A stretch of DNA of 64,000 nucleotides, from positions 1-64,000 of the IMG/VR virus record IMGVR_UViG_3300033997_000310; one strand, written 5' to 3'. The DNA is from a virus. Position numbers and translations under genes: made by a program. Below, in pieces: positions 1 through 8,941 of this stretch (the first letter of the stretch is position 1; the number at the start of each line of letters is the position of its first letter). The notes beneath the pieces are model-generated. The model searched no databases. It was not told the origin of the DNA and saw only the letters and a list, made by a program, of their open reading frames with translations.

Positions 1-93
1 GGGTCCGGTGCCGGGGCGTGGTGGGCGATGGTATGGGCGCACGTTCACGGCATGTTCGAATATCATTGCCGATTATGAGTCGATGGCGCATAT

Positions 94-196
94 TCAAAGG
101 GCGCCGCCGGGGAAACCCGGCGGCGCCCTGGACCGGGGCCGTTGGAAGCGGCTGGCCGGTTCTGGATCGGTCTGTAGCGGCAGCCCCGATCCACAT
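94..196 (-). ncRNA. Structured leader/sRNA: two hairpins followed by an intrinsic terminator
   Basis: Directly downstream of a sigma70-like promoter (230-202). Stems TGGATCGG/CCGATCCA and ACCGG/CCGGT, then a 14-bp GC stem (98-129) followed by TTT on the minus strand. Confidence 0.55.
98..129 (-). terminator. Intrinsic terminator
   Basis: Perfect inverted repeat AGGGCGCCGCCGGG-GAAA-CCCGGCGGCGCCCT; short T tail on the minus strand. Confidence 0.65.
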
Positions 197-201
197 TTAC
201 G

Positions 202-230
202 GTTATGGACTATTGTCATAACGCCGTCAA
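202..230 (-). promoter_or_regulatory. sigma70-like promoter with embedded ATG-N9-CAT operator
   Basis: TTGACG-17bp-CATAAC; palindrome ATGGACTATTGTCAT at 205-219. Confidence 0.7.
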
Positions 231-274
231 TGCCGATGTGCCGCTCACTGTTGCCGGTTCCAGAAAAAACCGGA

Positions 275-345
275 TTGCGCGTCGGGGCACTTCACCGGGA
301 AACCGGGCTTCCGACCCGGCTGCGTTGCGCCACAGCGGGCGCGGC
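275..345 (-). ncRNA. Candidate C4/CI-like antisense RNA
   Basis: Adjacent hairpins GCTG/CAGC and CGGG/CCCG. Their loop regions are near-complementary to the two loops of the 94-196 leader. Followed by a T-run. Confidence 0.4.
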
Positions 346-540
346 TGAGACCAGGGCTTGAACGGTGGGCATTGCACCCAGTCTCCGGGGTTATAGGAGG
401 CGGCCGGCCGCGTGGCGAGCGGGGACAGCTTTCAAGGCTGGACAGATACGCACCCTGGGAAAAGACGCGCTTGATACTGTGGTCCTTATGCCGCTTGGAA
501 CCTTTACGGGGACAGGGATTAGCGGAAGGCGGAGTATTGC

Positions 541-777
541 CTATTTCAATTCTTCCCTGAGATTGGAACGTTTCGCATCATCAAGCATGATCCAGGCCCG
601 CACAAAGGCAATGGCATAGGCCGGGGCCGGCGTCGCGTCATGCCGCCTGGACGGATCGGCAACCCAGCGGCTCACGGTCACGCCGTTGACGCCCAGCAGC
701 CGCGCCAACTCGCCCTGCTTTAGGCCGGCGGTCTTCAACAGGTCTGACAACTTGGGACGACTTAATTCAACTTTCAT
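541..777 (-). CDS. XRE-family helix-turn-helix regulator
   Basis: LKQGELARLLGVNGVTVSRW is a Cro/CI-type HTH; 78 aa. Confidence 0.85.
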   Translation of the reverse strand: MKVELSRPKLSDLLKTAGLKQGELARLLGVNGVTVSRWVADPSRRHDATPAPAYAIAFVRAWIMLDDAKRSNLREELK

Positions 778-801
778 GGCGTAACCTTTAATATGGGACA
801 G

Positions 802-810
802 TTATCCACA
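802..810 (+). promoter_or_regulatory. Consensus DnaA box
   Basis: TTATCCACA in the 40-bp AT-rich gap upstream of the HTH gene. Confidence 0.4.
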
Positions 811-817
811 GCTATAT

Positions 818-1240
818 TTAACCTTGTGCGCTTCGGCATGGAGCAAGGGCCGGTTCGTCGGCCGCCACGCCGTTCGCCTCGGCCATCTCGCGATAGCTGT
901 CGAACAGATCCACATCGCTGCTGACCTTGCTCATGTCGATGGCGCTCCGCATCAGTCCCAGCCGGACGGCCAGATTGTGTTCGGCACCTCTCAACAGGAA
1001 ACCGGCGCAGGTGGCCGGCTTCTCGCTGCCCGACATGTGGCAGGCGAATTTCCGCTGCGACATGTCATAGGCCGTGTTGGCGCTGTGACGATACGCTTCC
1101 GCCGGGAAGGCCCCGATGGGTGCGTCCCGTCGCCACGGGCACTCAGCGCACGGCTTGCGGCGATAAGCGTGGCCACCGCCATTCACTGTGACGACTTGGT
1201 GGTTCTTGTCGGCAGTGCGGATGTTGGTGATGCGGGTCAT
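818..1240 (-). CDS. Cys/His-rich protein, DUF6283-like
   Basis: PCAECPWR...FACH...CAGFL...HNLAVR motif pattern. Confidence 0.7.
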   Translation of the reverse strand: MTRITNIRTADKNHQVVTVNGGGHAYRRKPCAECPWRRDAPIGAFPAEAYRHSANTAYDMSQRKFACHMSGSEKPATCAGFLLRGAEHNLAVRLGLMRSAIDMSKVSSDVDLFDSYREMAEANGVAADEPALAPCRSAQG

Positions 1241-1446
1241 GCTGTGTCGGCCCTGCTGTTTGTGACGCGACCGCTCGCCGCGACGATATCCGACTGCCCG
1301 CCAGCACGCACCTTTGCGTATTCGAGCATCAGCCGATCCAGGCTGTTGGCGCCGTCCAGAGGATTGCCGTCGTCGTCCTCAATAATGCCGTCCCACCGGT
1401 TGGTGCCGGTGAGGTGGAGGATCATATCCAGCAGGTTGATCTTCAT
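1237..1446 (-). CDS. Hypothetical protein
   Basis: ATGA overlaps with both neighbours. Confidence 0.6.
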   Translation of the reverse strand: MKINLLDMILHLTGTNRWDGIIEDDDGNPLDGANSLDRLMLEYAKVRAGGQSDIVAASGRVTNSRADTA

Positions 1447-1759
1447 GGCCTCTGACTCCAGCTTCCGCACAGCCCATCTGGCTTGGCGCGTTCATATCCA
1501 TGGAAATCGCTCACAGCCTCGCACCAGGGCCGCGCTTCTCCGGCCCATTGGCGCGATAGCTGCGGCATGTCGCGCACTTGGCGCCGGCGGCCCGCAACTC
1601 TTTCATCCGCTGTTCGGCTTCTGCCATCTGGCGAAGCTGATGACGCTTTTTGCTGGCGCCTGGCTTGTTGGCAACGGCTGCCCACTCGCGCGGGAGCAGA
1701 TTCGCGGCCAGTTGCGACCGTGGGTCGTCGGTGATGGGCGGTTGGTTGGCGATGGTCAT
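1443..1759 (-). pseudogene. Zn-binding hypothetical protein with apparent frameshift near 1525
   Basis: The CATC motif is in one frame (stop at 1511). The remaining Cys residues (WCEAV...LCGSW) and the ATGA-coupled stop at 1443 are in another frame. Confidence 0.5.
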
Positions 1760-1776
1760 GGCAATTTTAACTTGCG

Positions 1777-1860
1777 TCAGGAGAGATAGGCCAGCACGAC
1801 AGCAAAGCCGATCCAGACGGCGACAGTGGTACAGGCGTAGTCGAGCGGGGTGCGAAGCAT
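1777..1860 (-). CDS. 27-aa single-TM peptide (not in ORF track)
   Basis: GGAGG RBS; MLRTPLDYACTTVAVWIGFAVVLAYLS fills the gap between operon genes. Confidence 0.55.
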   Translation of the reverse strand: MLRTPLDYACTTVAVWIGFAVVLAYLS

Positions 1861-1871
1861 GGTCGCCTCCA

Positions 1872-2204
1872 TCAAGCCGCAGAAGCGACGGCTTCCGCCG
1901 GCCGGAACACCCACAGCACGCCCATGCAGCACGTCTGACGCAGGAAGGCCGCAGCGCGGGCAATCTCAGCTTCGGACGGGCGGCCCAGGCCCAGAGCGCC
2001 GTGCGCATCGATCCAGGCATTCATGATCTGGTCAAAGCTGGCGCGCGGCACGCCGCGGTCGCTCTCGGAGCGGACGTTCGTCCAGCCAGCGGTATGCTCT
2101 CCCATCACGCCATCGCTGTGCTGCGTGACGATGATGCCGTCGCTGGTCTCGCACAGGAACGACGTCGGGAAGCGCTCGAACATGGGGTAGATGGCCTTGG
2201 GCAT
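1872..2204 (-). CDS. Hypothetical protein, first gene behind the 2240-2296 promoter
   Basis: GGAG RBS; start MPKAIYP. Confidence 0.65.
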   Translation of the reverse strand: MPKAIYPMFERFPTSFLCETSDGIIVTQHSDGVMGEHTAGWTNVRSESDRGVPRASFDQIMNAWIDAHGALGLGRPSEAEIARAAAFLRQTCCMGVLWVFRPAEAVASAA

Positions 2205-2239
2205 GATGGACTCCATTTGCAGATGGCGCGTTGTTAATG

Positions 2240-2296
2240 ATGGGAATATCTCATAGATTGGTGCGAACCGCAATGGAAAATATGCATAACGCATAT
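2240..2296 (-). promoter_or_regulatory. Leftward promoter with two ATG-N9-CAT sites and an ATATGC-N5-GCATAT site
   Basis: Palindromes at 2240-2254, 2273-2287 and 2280-2296; TTGCGG-17-GATATT. Confidence 0.65.
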
Positions 2297-2308
2297 ATTC
2301 ATCGCCGC

Positions 2309-2944
2309 TTATTCCCAGGCCTTGGAAAACTCCCGGTCCTTGAAAAGCGCCGCGATCCCGGTGATCTGCTTCAGCCGCAGCAACTCGTCGGGATCCATGC
2401 CCAGCTCCTTAGCAATGCGCGCGTCGTCCCAGCCGATCTCGACCATCTGAGCGACGATCTGCGACATCGGGGAGACGCCATGCTCGCCGCGTGCCCGGTT
2501 GTGCCGGATAGTGGCCGCCATACGGTCGGCAACACCGGCCTGAGCGGCGCGAATTGACACCACAGGCAGGTGGCCGTGTACCCGCTTGCGGATGCGCGCC
2601 GATTCCTTGCCGACGCGGTTTCGGTGGAACCCGTCAACCACTTCTCGGCGCTCCTCCACCGGCATGGTCACCACTGGCTGCGTGTAACCATCTGCATCAA
2701 TGCTGCGCTCCAGCAGCCGCATCTCAGGCGGGGCGACCGCGTTCGGGTTGTAGGCGTTGGCATGCACCGCGTCGCCAGGCACCCACAGCACCAGATCGAC
2801 CGGCTCATCGCGGAACGGGCTGACCTCGTGCAGCAGGGTGCGCACCTGGTTCAGCGCCTGGATGCGCTCAGCCAACGGCAACGCGCCGATCTCGTCGGCA
2901 AGCGCGCGGGCCCGGTCCATGAAGCTGGTGGAAAACAGGTCCAT
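2309..2944 (-). CDS. ibrB: IbrB/YbdM-like ParB N-terminal domain protein
   Basis: NAYNPNAVAPPEMRLLERSI, VVDGFHR, ATIRHNRARG motifs. Confidence 0.9.
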   Translation of the reverse strand: MDLFSTSFMDRARALADEIGALPLAERIQALNQVRTLLHEVSPFRDEPVDLVLWVPGDAVHANAYNPNAVAPPEMRLLERSIDADGYTQPVVTMPVEERREVVDGFHRNRVGKESARIRKRVHGHLPVVSIRAAQAGVADRMAATIRHNRARGEHGVSPMSQIVAQMVEIGWDDARIAKELGMDPDELLRLKQITGIAALFKDREFSKAWE

Positions 2945-2945
2945 C

Positions 2946-4133
2946 TCAAATCTCCGCGTATCTGCGGCGCACTTCGTCCTGTCGCTCCATTTCCCGCTTG
3001 GTCTGCGAGAAGGACAGGGACTTGCACCAGTAGTCGTTCTTGATCAGCGCCTTTGCGATCCGGCGCCAGCTCGGGGCCTTGCGCTGCGCCTCCAGATTCG
3101 GGTCGGCCGTATCCGGCACATCCAGCATGCCGTGGTCGGCCCACCAGCGCAGGAACACCTCGATCTTCTTCTGGAAGTGCGAACGGGTGACGGGCGGCAT
3201 GCTGTCAAGCAGGAATTGCGCGTAGCTGCGCCATGTGTGGCCCGCCGGCAGTTCCACGGTGCGGTTGCCCAGGATCGTGCCGCCGCAATACAGCGCCCCG
3301 AAATTCGCGCCGCTCACGCGGGCAACGACGCGGCCCCACGTCTCGGGCTCCAGCAGGTGGAACAGCCATAGGCCACGGCGCTGGTCATCGCCGTAGGGCT
3401 GGCAAATGCGCTGCTGGCTCAGCGGGACGCCGGCCATCTGCATCAAGTCGTAGATGCGGTTGTAGCTCCAGCCAAACCGGGCGTTGGCCGTCCAAATGTC
3501 CTCTGTCGCCCAGTCATAGATCGGGTAGGCGTTGAACAGGCCGGGTCGCACCTGCGTCGTCCACATCAGGTTATCCAACCTGGACTTCTTATCGTTCTTG
3601 AGGGTGCGGAACCGGTTCAGGCTTTCGTCGGCGCGGATGCCGACCAGACAGCATGTGCGCTGGCCGCCGGCGAACCACTCGCCAAAGGCGGGCACAAACT
3701 CCTCAAACTCCATGCCACGGCGGAAGAATGGATATGCGCTCTCGTCGCTGACGACGCCGGGCGCCGCCGGCAACTCCCGCACCCACATGTCCCGCGCACC
3801 AGGATCCCAGCACAGCCAATGCGGCTGGTGCGACGACGTCGCGTTGCGCAGGTGAATCGGCAGGCACACCCAATGGGCCCGGATTCCGGGCTGGGCCAGC
3901 ATCTCAGCTACATGGTCCATGGTGGACCGGTATTGCGCCTCAAGGTCAACAACCAGCACGTCCAACGGCAGCCGGCCGCGCTCGCGCGCCACCTTAAGGG
4001 CCAGATGCAGCATCACCGACGAATCCTTGCCGCCACTGAACGACAGATAGACCCGCTCGAAACGGTCGAACACGACCCGCAGCCTTTCCAGCGCTGCCTC
4101 GTAGACGTTCATAGGCAATTCACGCTTGCTCAT
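2946..4133 (-). CDS. ibrA: IbrA/YbdN-like PAPS-reductase-family PP-loop protein (DUF3440)
   Basis: SFSGGKDS PP-loop, GIRADESLNR, YPIYDW, QRICQPYG, KNDYWCK. Confidence 0.9.
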   Translation of the reverse strand: MSKRELPMNVYEAALERLRVVFDRFERVYLSFSGGKDSSVMLHLALKVARERGRLPLDVLVVDLEAQYRSTMDHVAEMLAQPGIRAHWVCLPIHLRNATSSHQPHWLCWDPGARDMWVRELPAAPGVVSDESAYPFFRRGMEFEEFVPAFGEWFAGGQRTCCLVGIRADESLNRFRTLKNDKKSRLDNLMWTTQVRPGLFNAYPIYDWATEDIWTANARFGWSYNRIYDLMQMAGVPLSQQRICQPYGDDQRRGLWLFHLLEPETWGRVVARVSGANFGALYCGGTILGNRTVELPAGHTWRSYAQFLLDSMPPVTRSHFQKKIEVFLRWWADHGMLDVPDTADPNLEAQRKAPSWRRIAKALIKNDYWCKSLSFSQTKREMERQDEVRRRYAEI

Positions 4134-5623
4134 ATTGTCCCCATGAATTGCTTTAGCATGGCCTCGGCCTTGCGTTTCGACTTCTCGGCCCGGATCACCG
4201 CTAGTTGGTCGCGGAACGTCTTGGCCGCGTCCTGCTTGTTGCCCAGGCAGCGCTGTATCATCCCCTCGATGCTGTCGCGGGCGACAAGGTCGATATGGGC
4301 GACGCTGTGCTTCTGCGTCGGTGCCTGAGTGCGGGCCTCGCACTGCCGGCGGTCGCGGCCCTTGAACGTGGTCGAATAGTGGATGTGATAGTTGGCCGCC
4401 GACAGGTCGAGCGCCCGCGCCGCCGTGGCTTGGTTCAGCACCAGCCAGCGGAACCCGCCGGCCTGGAACCGCTGGCGACGCTCGGTGCGATCCGCATCGC
4501 CGACGCGGCCATCATAGGTCTCGACGGCATCGGCCCCGAACCTGGCCCGCAGCGTCGCGGCGGCAGTGTCGACGCAGCCGGCATACTTGCACCAGACCAG
4601 CACCTGGCGGTCTGGCTCTATGCGCTCCGCAACGCGCAACAGCAGTTGAGCACGAGGGTTCGTCTCAATGTCGTCAAACAGAGATGCTCCAGGCTCAAGC
4701 GTGTCGTTATCCATCTGGACGATGCTGCGCCAGTTCCACATGAACCCGCAGGCGATGCGCTGCAGGGCGCTGAACAGGCGATAGATCGTCGCGTCGCCCC
4801 AATCAAAAGCCTCAACGTGGCATAGTATTCGCTTCTTCGCTTCCTCGTAGATAGTGCGCTGCCAATTCGTCATACTGAAGTGCTCTTCCGACCACGTCTC
4901 CTTTGGCAGGTCGAAGCATTCTTCGCGGCGCACCTGGAACACGTATGGAGCAATCTTTGCCGTGATGACGCCAATGTTCTTTCGGTGCGTCACCCGGCGC
5001 CGGCGGCCCGGCTCGTCGCTGAACTCCAAGTGGCGCACAGCGAATTGCCGATATGACCAATAGCCAAGGATCTTCGGCGACAGCCATGTGATCGGGGCGT
5101 ACAGGTCTTCGATGCCGTTCCCGATGGGCGTGCCATCCAAAATTAGGCGATATGGCATCTTCTCAGCCATTTGCATCAGGCGGCGCGTGCGGATGGCTCT
5201 GTGATTGGCGCACATGCCGGCTTCATCGACGATCACAAAAGCGCCGTTGGTAAGCTCTCGGCATACCTGGAAAATGCGAAGGCTTGAGCTCAACCCCTCC
5301 AGGCCGACGATGTACCATGTCGCCTCCGGTATCGTCCCTGGCTTGGTCTTGTCACCCATGACATGCACGCTGCTGCCGGGCAGGTGCTTCTCAACCTCCT
5401 CAGCAATAGTCTCCATGCTGTCTGTCGGGCAGAACCAGACAACGCGCTTGGCCCGCCCGGTCATCAGCCTGGGGACGGCCAGCTCCATGGCTGTGCGGCT
5501 CTTGCCCGTGCGCATGTCCATGAACAGCGCGCCGACCTTGATTCGGGACAGCTTCTCAACCGCCCGACGCTGGTGATCCATCAGCGGGAACATCGTCGAG
5601 AAGGTCGGGGTGGATATCGACAT
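4130..5623 (-). CDS. SNF2-family (SF2) helicase
   Basis: MRTGKS (motif I), VDEA (II), LDGTP (III), QCEAR (VI). Confidence 0.85.
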   Translation of the reverse strand: MSISTPTFSTMFPLMDHQRRAVEKLSRIKVGALFMDMRTGKSRTAMELAVPRLMTGRAKRVVWFCPTDSMETIAEEVEKHLPGSSVHVMGDKTKPGTIPEATWYIVGLEGLSSSLRIFQVCRELTNGAFVIVDEAGMCANHRAIRTRRLMQMAEKMPYRLILDGTPIGNGIEDLYAPITWLSPKILGYWSYRQFAVRHLEFSDEPGRRRRVTHRKNIGVITAKIAPYVFQVRREECFDLPKETWSEEHFSMTNWQRTIYEEAKKRILCHVEAFDWGDATIYRLFSALQRIACGFMWNWRSIVQMDNDTLEPGASLFDDIETNPRAQLLLRVAERIEPDRQVLVWCKYAGCVDTAAATLRARFGADAVETYDGRVGDADRTERRQRFQAGGFRWLVLNQATAARALDLSAANYHIHYSTTFKGRDRRQCEARTQAPTQKHSVAHIDLVARDSIEGMIQRCLGNKQDAAKTFRDQLAVIRAEKSKRKAEAMLKQFMGTI

Positions 5624-6841
5624 TGTCTGGTATCTCGACCTGAAGATGCTCGTGCATCAGTCGTTCGGGGATGGCGACGCCGAACCGCTCGGCCAGCCAG
5701 GGAAGATCGGAGGAGGCGGGACTGTGCGCGCCGGCCCAGACGAAGCGTTCCCTGTCGTCCAGCACCTCCACCACCGCATAGACGGCATAATCGCGGCTCG
5801 AATAGCCATTGCGGGTGAACTGGAACAACTCGACCAGTTTCGTGTGCTGCTTTGGCGACATCCAGTAGCGGGTGATGGGCCGGTCCATATGTTCGATCGG
5901 CACCAATACCCGCTGGTTCTTGCTGTTGCCCCTGGCATCGTGGATGCAGTGGCAGTAGCGCAACTCCATAGCCATGGCGGCGCCCGCCGTGTCAGCGAAT
6001 AGCGACCAGACCGCCGGGGTTCAGCTTTTGGAAGGGCAGCATCCAGCCGTGGTTCTCGCCCAGGAAGACGAACCCAGTGGCCGACGCCATATCCAGCGCC
6101 GCGTCGTCGCTGACTTCCTCCGGCACGCCGGTCAGGGCCAGCCGAATGTTGTGGCAGTCGCCATTCGGTCCCAGACGTTCCGGCGCCTTGGTCATCTTCT
6201 GCATCACCGTGGAGTTGCTGGCCATAGTCACGTAGATCGTGCGGGCGTTCATGGCAATTCTCGCTTGCTTTTGCGCATTGCCGCGGCCATGCGGCGTTTT
6301 TTACGCAGGTTGTCGTGATAGCGTCTTTTTCCGGTGGCATGAGCCTTTCCGCCCTTACCCTTGCGGCGACGCATCTTGGCCGCCATTATCTGTTCCGGGC
6401 CGCCGTCTTCCGCCGGCGCCCTGGCTGGAAACTCTGGCATATTCCGCCAGTCGTATCGGCGACGGTCCCGCATCAGGCGGCTACCAGCATTTCGTACGGC
6501 CGGACCTCCAGAGCCCGGTATGTCGAGTGCGACACGTCGCAGCCGGCATCGACGGCAGCCTTACGGGCCTCGCGCACCAGGTCCCGCAGCTTGGTCATTT
6601 CAGCGACGGCATCCTGATAAGCGTCGGCATCGCGGCGGGATCCGTTGAAGCTGAACTGCGTCAACCAACCACCGTTCTTGTCCTCCACCAGATAGGTGTA
6701 CAGGTCGCGCACGGCCTGATAGATGCGGCCGGCATCAGACGCCGCAGCGCAACGAGCGATGCGACGTAGCAGGCCGGAGTCCTCACCGCCGATCTTGGCG
6801 GAAATCTCGATGGCGGACAGGTTCATATTGAAGTTGGCCAT
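5556..6841 (-). other. Four small hypothetical genes (5556-5975, 5992-6252, 6249-6473, 6473-6841)
   Basis: Co-oriented, mostly abutting or overlapping ORFs downstream of the 6896-6949 promoter. Confidence 0.6.
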
Positions 6842-6895
6842 GTTGGCAATTCCCATTTGCAGATGGTGTCGGCGATGATCACCGCTCATGGGAAG

Positions 6896-6949
6896 ATAAT
6901 GACAATTTCCCATTGCTGCGTCAAGAGGAAAAATATGCAATGTGCATAT
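6896..6949 (-). promoter_or_regulatory. Leftward promoter with both operator types
   Basis: TTGACG(6924-6919)-17-CATTAT; ATGACAATTTCCCAT 6899-6913; ATATGCAATGTGCATAT 6933-6949. Confidence 0.75.
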
Positions 6950-7520
6950 AAATTTCTGGGGAAAATCGGCGGTTTTTGACTGGCCAGATTTTGGTGATTC
7001 TCGCGGCGAAATCGGGGCAAAAAGTGGGATTTTTCAGCCAATTGCAGGAAGTCATACTAATAAGAAATGTTGCGTGAATTCAATGCGTTAATTGTATTTT
7101 TATGCCGCGACATACTCTGTCGTCACAGCCACAGAGGTCTGTGGGTTTTTCACAGAGAATCACAGTGACCGATCTGGGGCCGAAAAGTGCGTTGTTTCTT
7201 GCCGTTTCCGAAAACGGAGACGCATAGAAACTATGAGGCGTACTAATAAGAAAGTATGAGGCATTTCAGGAGTTTGCGGAGATTTTGGATTTTGAACGGC
7301 GACTAAGAGACAAGACAGAGAGATAGATAATAGATTCCTCACTACGTTCGGAATCCCTCCCAAGAAGATTCTATTCCGCTTCGCTCCATAGAATCTCCCA
7401 AGGGTTCCGTCCGCGATTTTCGGTTTCGAGTGTCGGCCGGGCCGAGAGCGCAGCGCGTCGTTCAGCATCAGCGCAAACCAATGCTGGCATCACGGTCAGG
7501 AAGCAGGTATCTGGGAATGA
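6950..7520. other. AT-rich non-coding region with direct repeats and hairpins (candidate pac/cos site or origin)
   Basis: TACTAATAAGAAA x2 (7055, 7241); four or more inverted repeats; lies between divergent arms, upstream of the terminase genes. Confidence 0.4.
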
Positions 7521-7580
7521 CAAGGCCCGGCGTCGCTGGAACGACAACCGGGCCTCTGACCAACCGACGCATGAGACTGC

Positions 7581-8189
7581 GTGATGGCTGCCCGAACCAT
7601 GAAGAAAAAATCCCCCTATCGCAAGCCGCTTCCCACCCAGGAGCGGTTGAGCGAACTGCTGCGCTATGAGCCGGACACTGGTCGGTTTTTCTGGAAGGTC
7701 GATAGGCGGCAGTTTGCCAAGGCTGGCGACATCGCCGGCGGCCTCGATGCGAACGGGTATTGGGCTATCTGCGTCGATGGCGAGCTGTATCGCGCCCACC
7801 GCCTGGCCTTCGTGATCATGACCGGGGAATGCCCGGTGGAGATCAGGCATCGGGACGGAGACAGGTCGGACAATCGCTGGGAGAACCTGAGGAGGGCGAG
7901 CAACGGCGCCGGCCTTCGCAGCGACAACACCTCCGGTCACCGCGGCATTACCTGGAGCAAGCGGCGCCGCGTCTGGTGCGTGAAGATCCAAACCAAAGGT
8001 CAGGTCCACAACGTCGGGTCATTCGCTCGGCCCGAGCACGCCATTGCGGCCTACCGCGAAGCCGCTGAGAAGCACTTCGGCCCGTTTGCGGCTCACCTGA
8101 ACGACGATGGGCTGGACGTCAGTGCACTGGCTGACCAGATGGCCGAGAAGGCGTACTCGCGCAAACGCCGCCCCATCGTCTCCCCGTAA
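7581..8189 (+). CDS. HNH-AP2 homing endonuclease
   Basis: YEPDTGRF, AHRLAF, HRDGDRSDNRWENLR, NTSGHRGI...AP2 domain. First HNH acidic residue is degenerate (EIRH). Start may be 7599. Confidence 0.9.
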   Translation: MMAARTMKKKSPYRKPLPTQERLSELLRYEPDTGRFFWKVDRRQFAKAGDIAGGLDANGYWAICVDGELYRAHRLAFVIMTGECPVEIRHRDGDRSDNRWENLRRASNGAGLRSDNTSGHRGITWSKRRRVWCVKIQTKGQVHNVGSFARPEHAIAAYREAAEKHFGPFAAHLNDDGLDVSALADQMAEKAYSRKRRPIVSP

Positions 8190-8461
8190 AATCGACGCAG
8201 ACCCCGAAAATTTTGGCGCTGGTGAGTTCGAGGGCCTGAGAGTGCCACCCTGGTAGCTCAAAGACTGTCAAAGCCACTCCACGGTCAAAAAATCGAGGTC
8301 GTGCGAAATCGGGGATGAGGGTTTCTCTGGGCGAGGATGGAAAATAATCATGGTCAATGGCGGGGGCTTGGGGTAAATCTCGAATCGGCTCTCTGGGGGA
8401 GCCGGTGCGCGGGCAGGGAATGGTTTTCTGAACCGCATAAAAATCATCATGGGGTTTTCGC

Positions 8462-8938
8462 ATGAAGGGTGAAAAGCCGAAGCGGCTCAGGGGGCGGCCT
8501 CAGTTTGAACCTACAGATCAGCAGCGGGCCATGGTTCGTGCCAGTGTCGCCTATGGCATCCCGCATGACGATATCGCCGCGACCATCGGGAACGGCATCG
8601 GCAAGGCAACGCTGCACAAGCACTTTAAGACCGAGTTGGAGCGCGGACGCGCTGACTTCGTTCGCAGCGCCGGCAGCCGGCTTTTCGAGATCATGAACCA
8701 GCGAGAGAATCTGGCGGCAGCGACAACGGCGGCCATCTTCTTCCTCAAGACCCGTGGCGGGTGGAGCGAAAAACAGTCTGTCGAGCTGAGCGGGCCGGAG
8801 GGTGGCCCGATCCAGACGAGCGGCGTTCTGGCTGTTCCTGGCGTCACGGATATGGCCGCATGGTCGAAGCTGGCCACGGGCAGCGGCGCACCGAGCATCG
8901 TTGATGACACGCCTGACGGCGAAGCGAAGGGCGAATGA
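8462..8938 (+). CDS. terS: Terminase small subunit
   Basis: N-terminal HTH, AAIFFLKTRGGW, VELSGPEGGPI; directly upstream of TerL. Confidence 0.8.
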   Translation: MKGEKPKRLRGRPQFEPTDQQRAMVRASVAYGIPHDDIAATIGNGIGKATLHKHFKTELERGRADFVRSAGSRLFEIMNQRENLAAATTAAIFFLKTRGGWSEKQSVELSGPEGGPIQTSGVLAVPGVTDMAAWSKLATGSGAPSIVDDTPDGEAKGE

Positions 8939-8941
8939 TGA

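Noticed and set aside
8-619. Plus-strand ORFs at the left end
   Set aside because: No recognisable domains; the region is better explained by minus-strand promoter and RNA structures.
8329-8357. Leftward promoter at TTGACC (8357-8352)
   Set aside because: No -10-like hexamer at a 17-bp spacing; only the operator at 8337 is retained.
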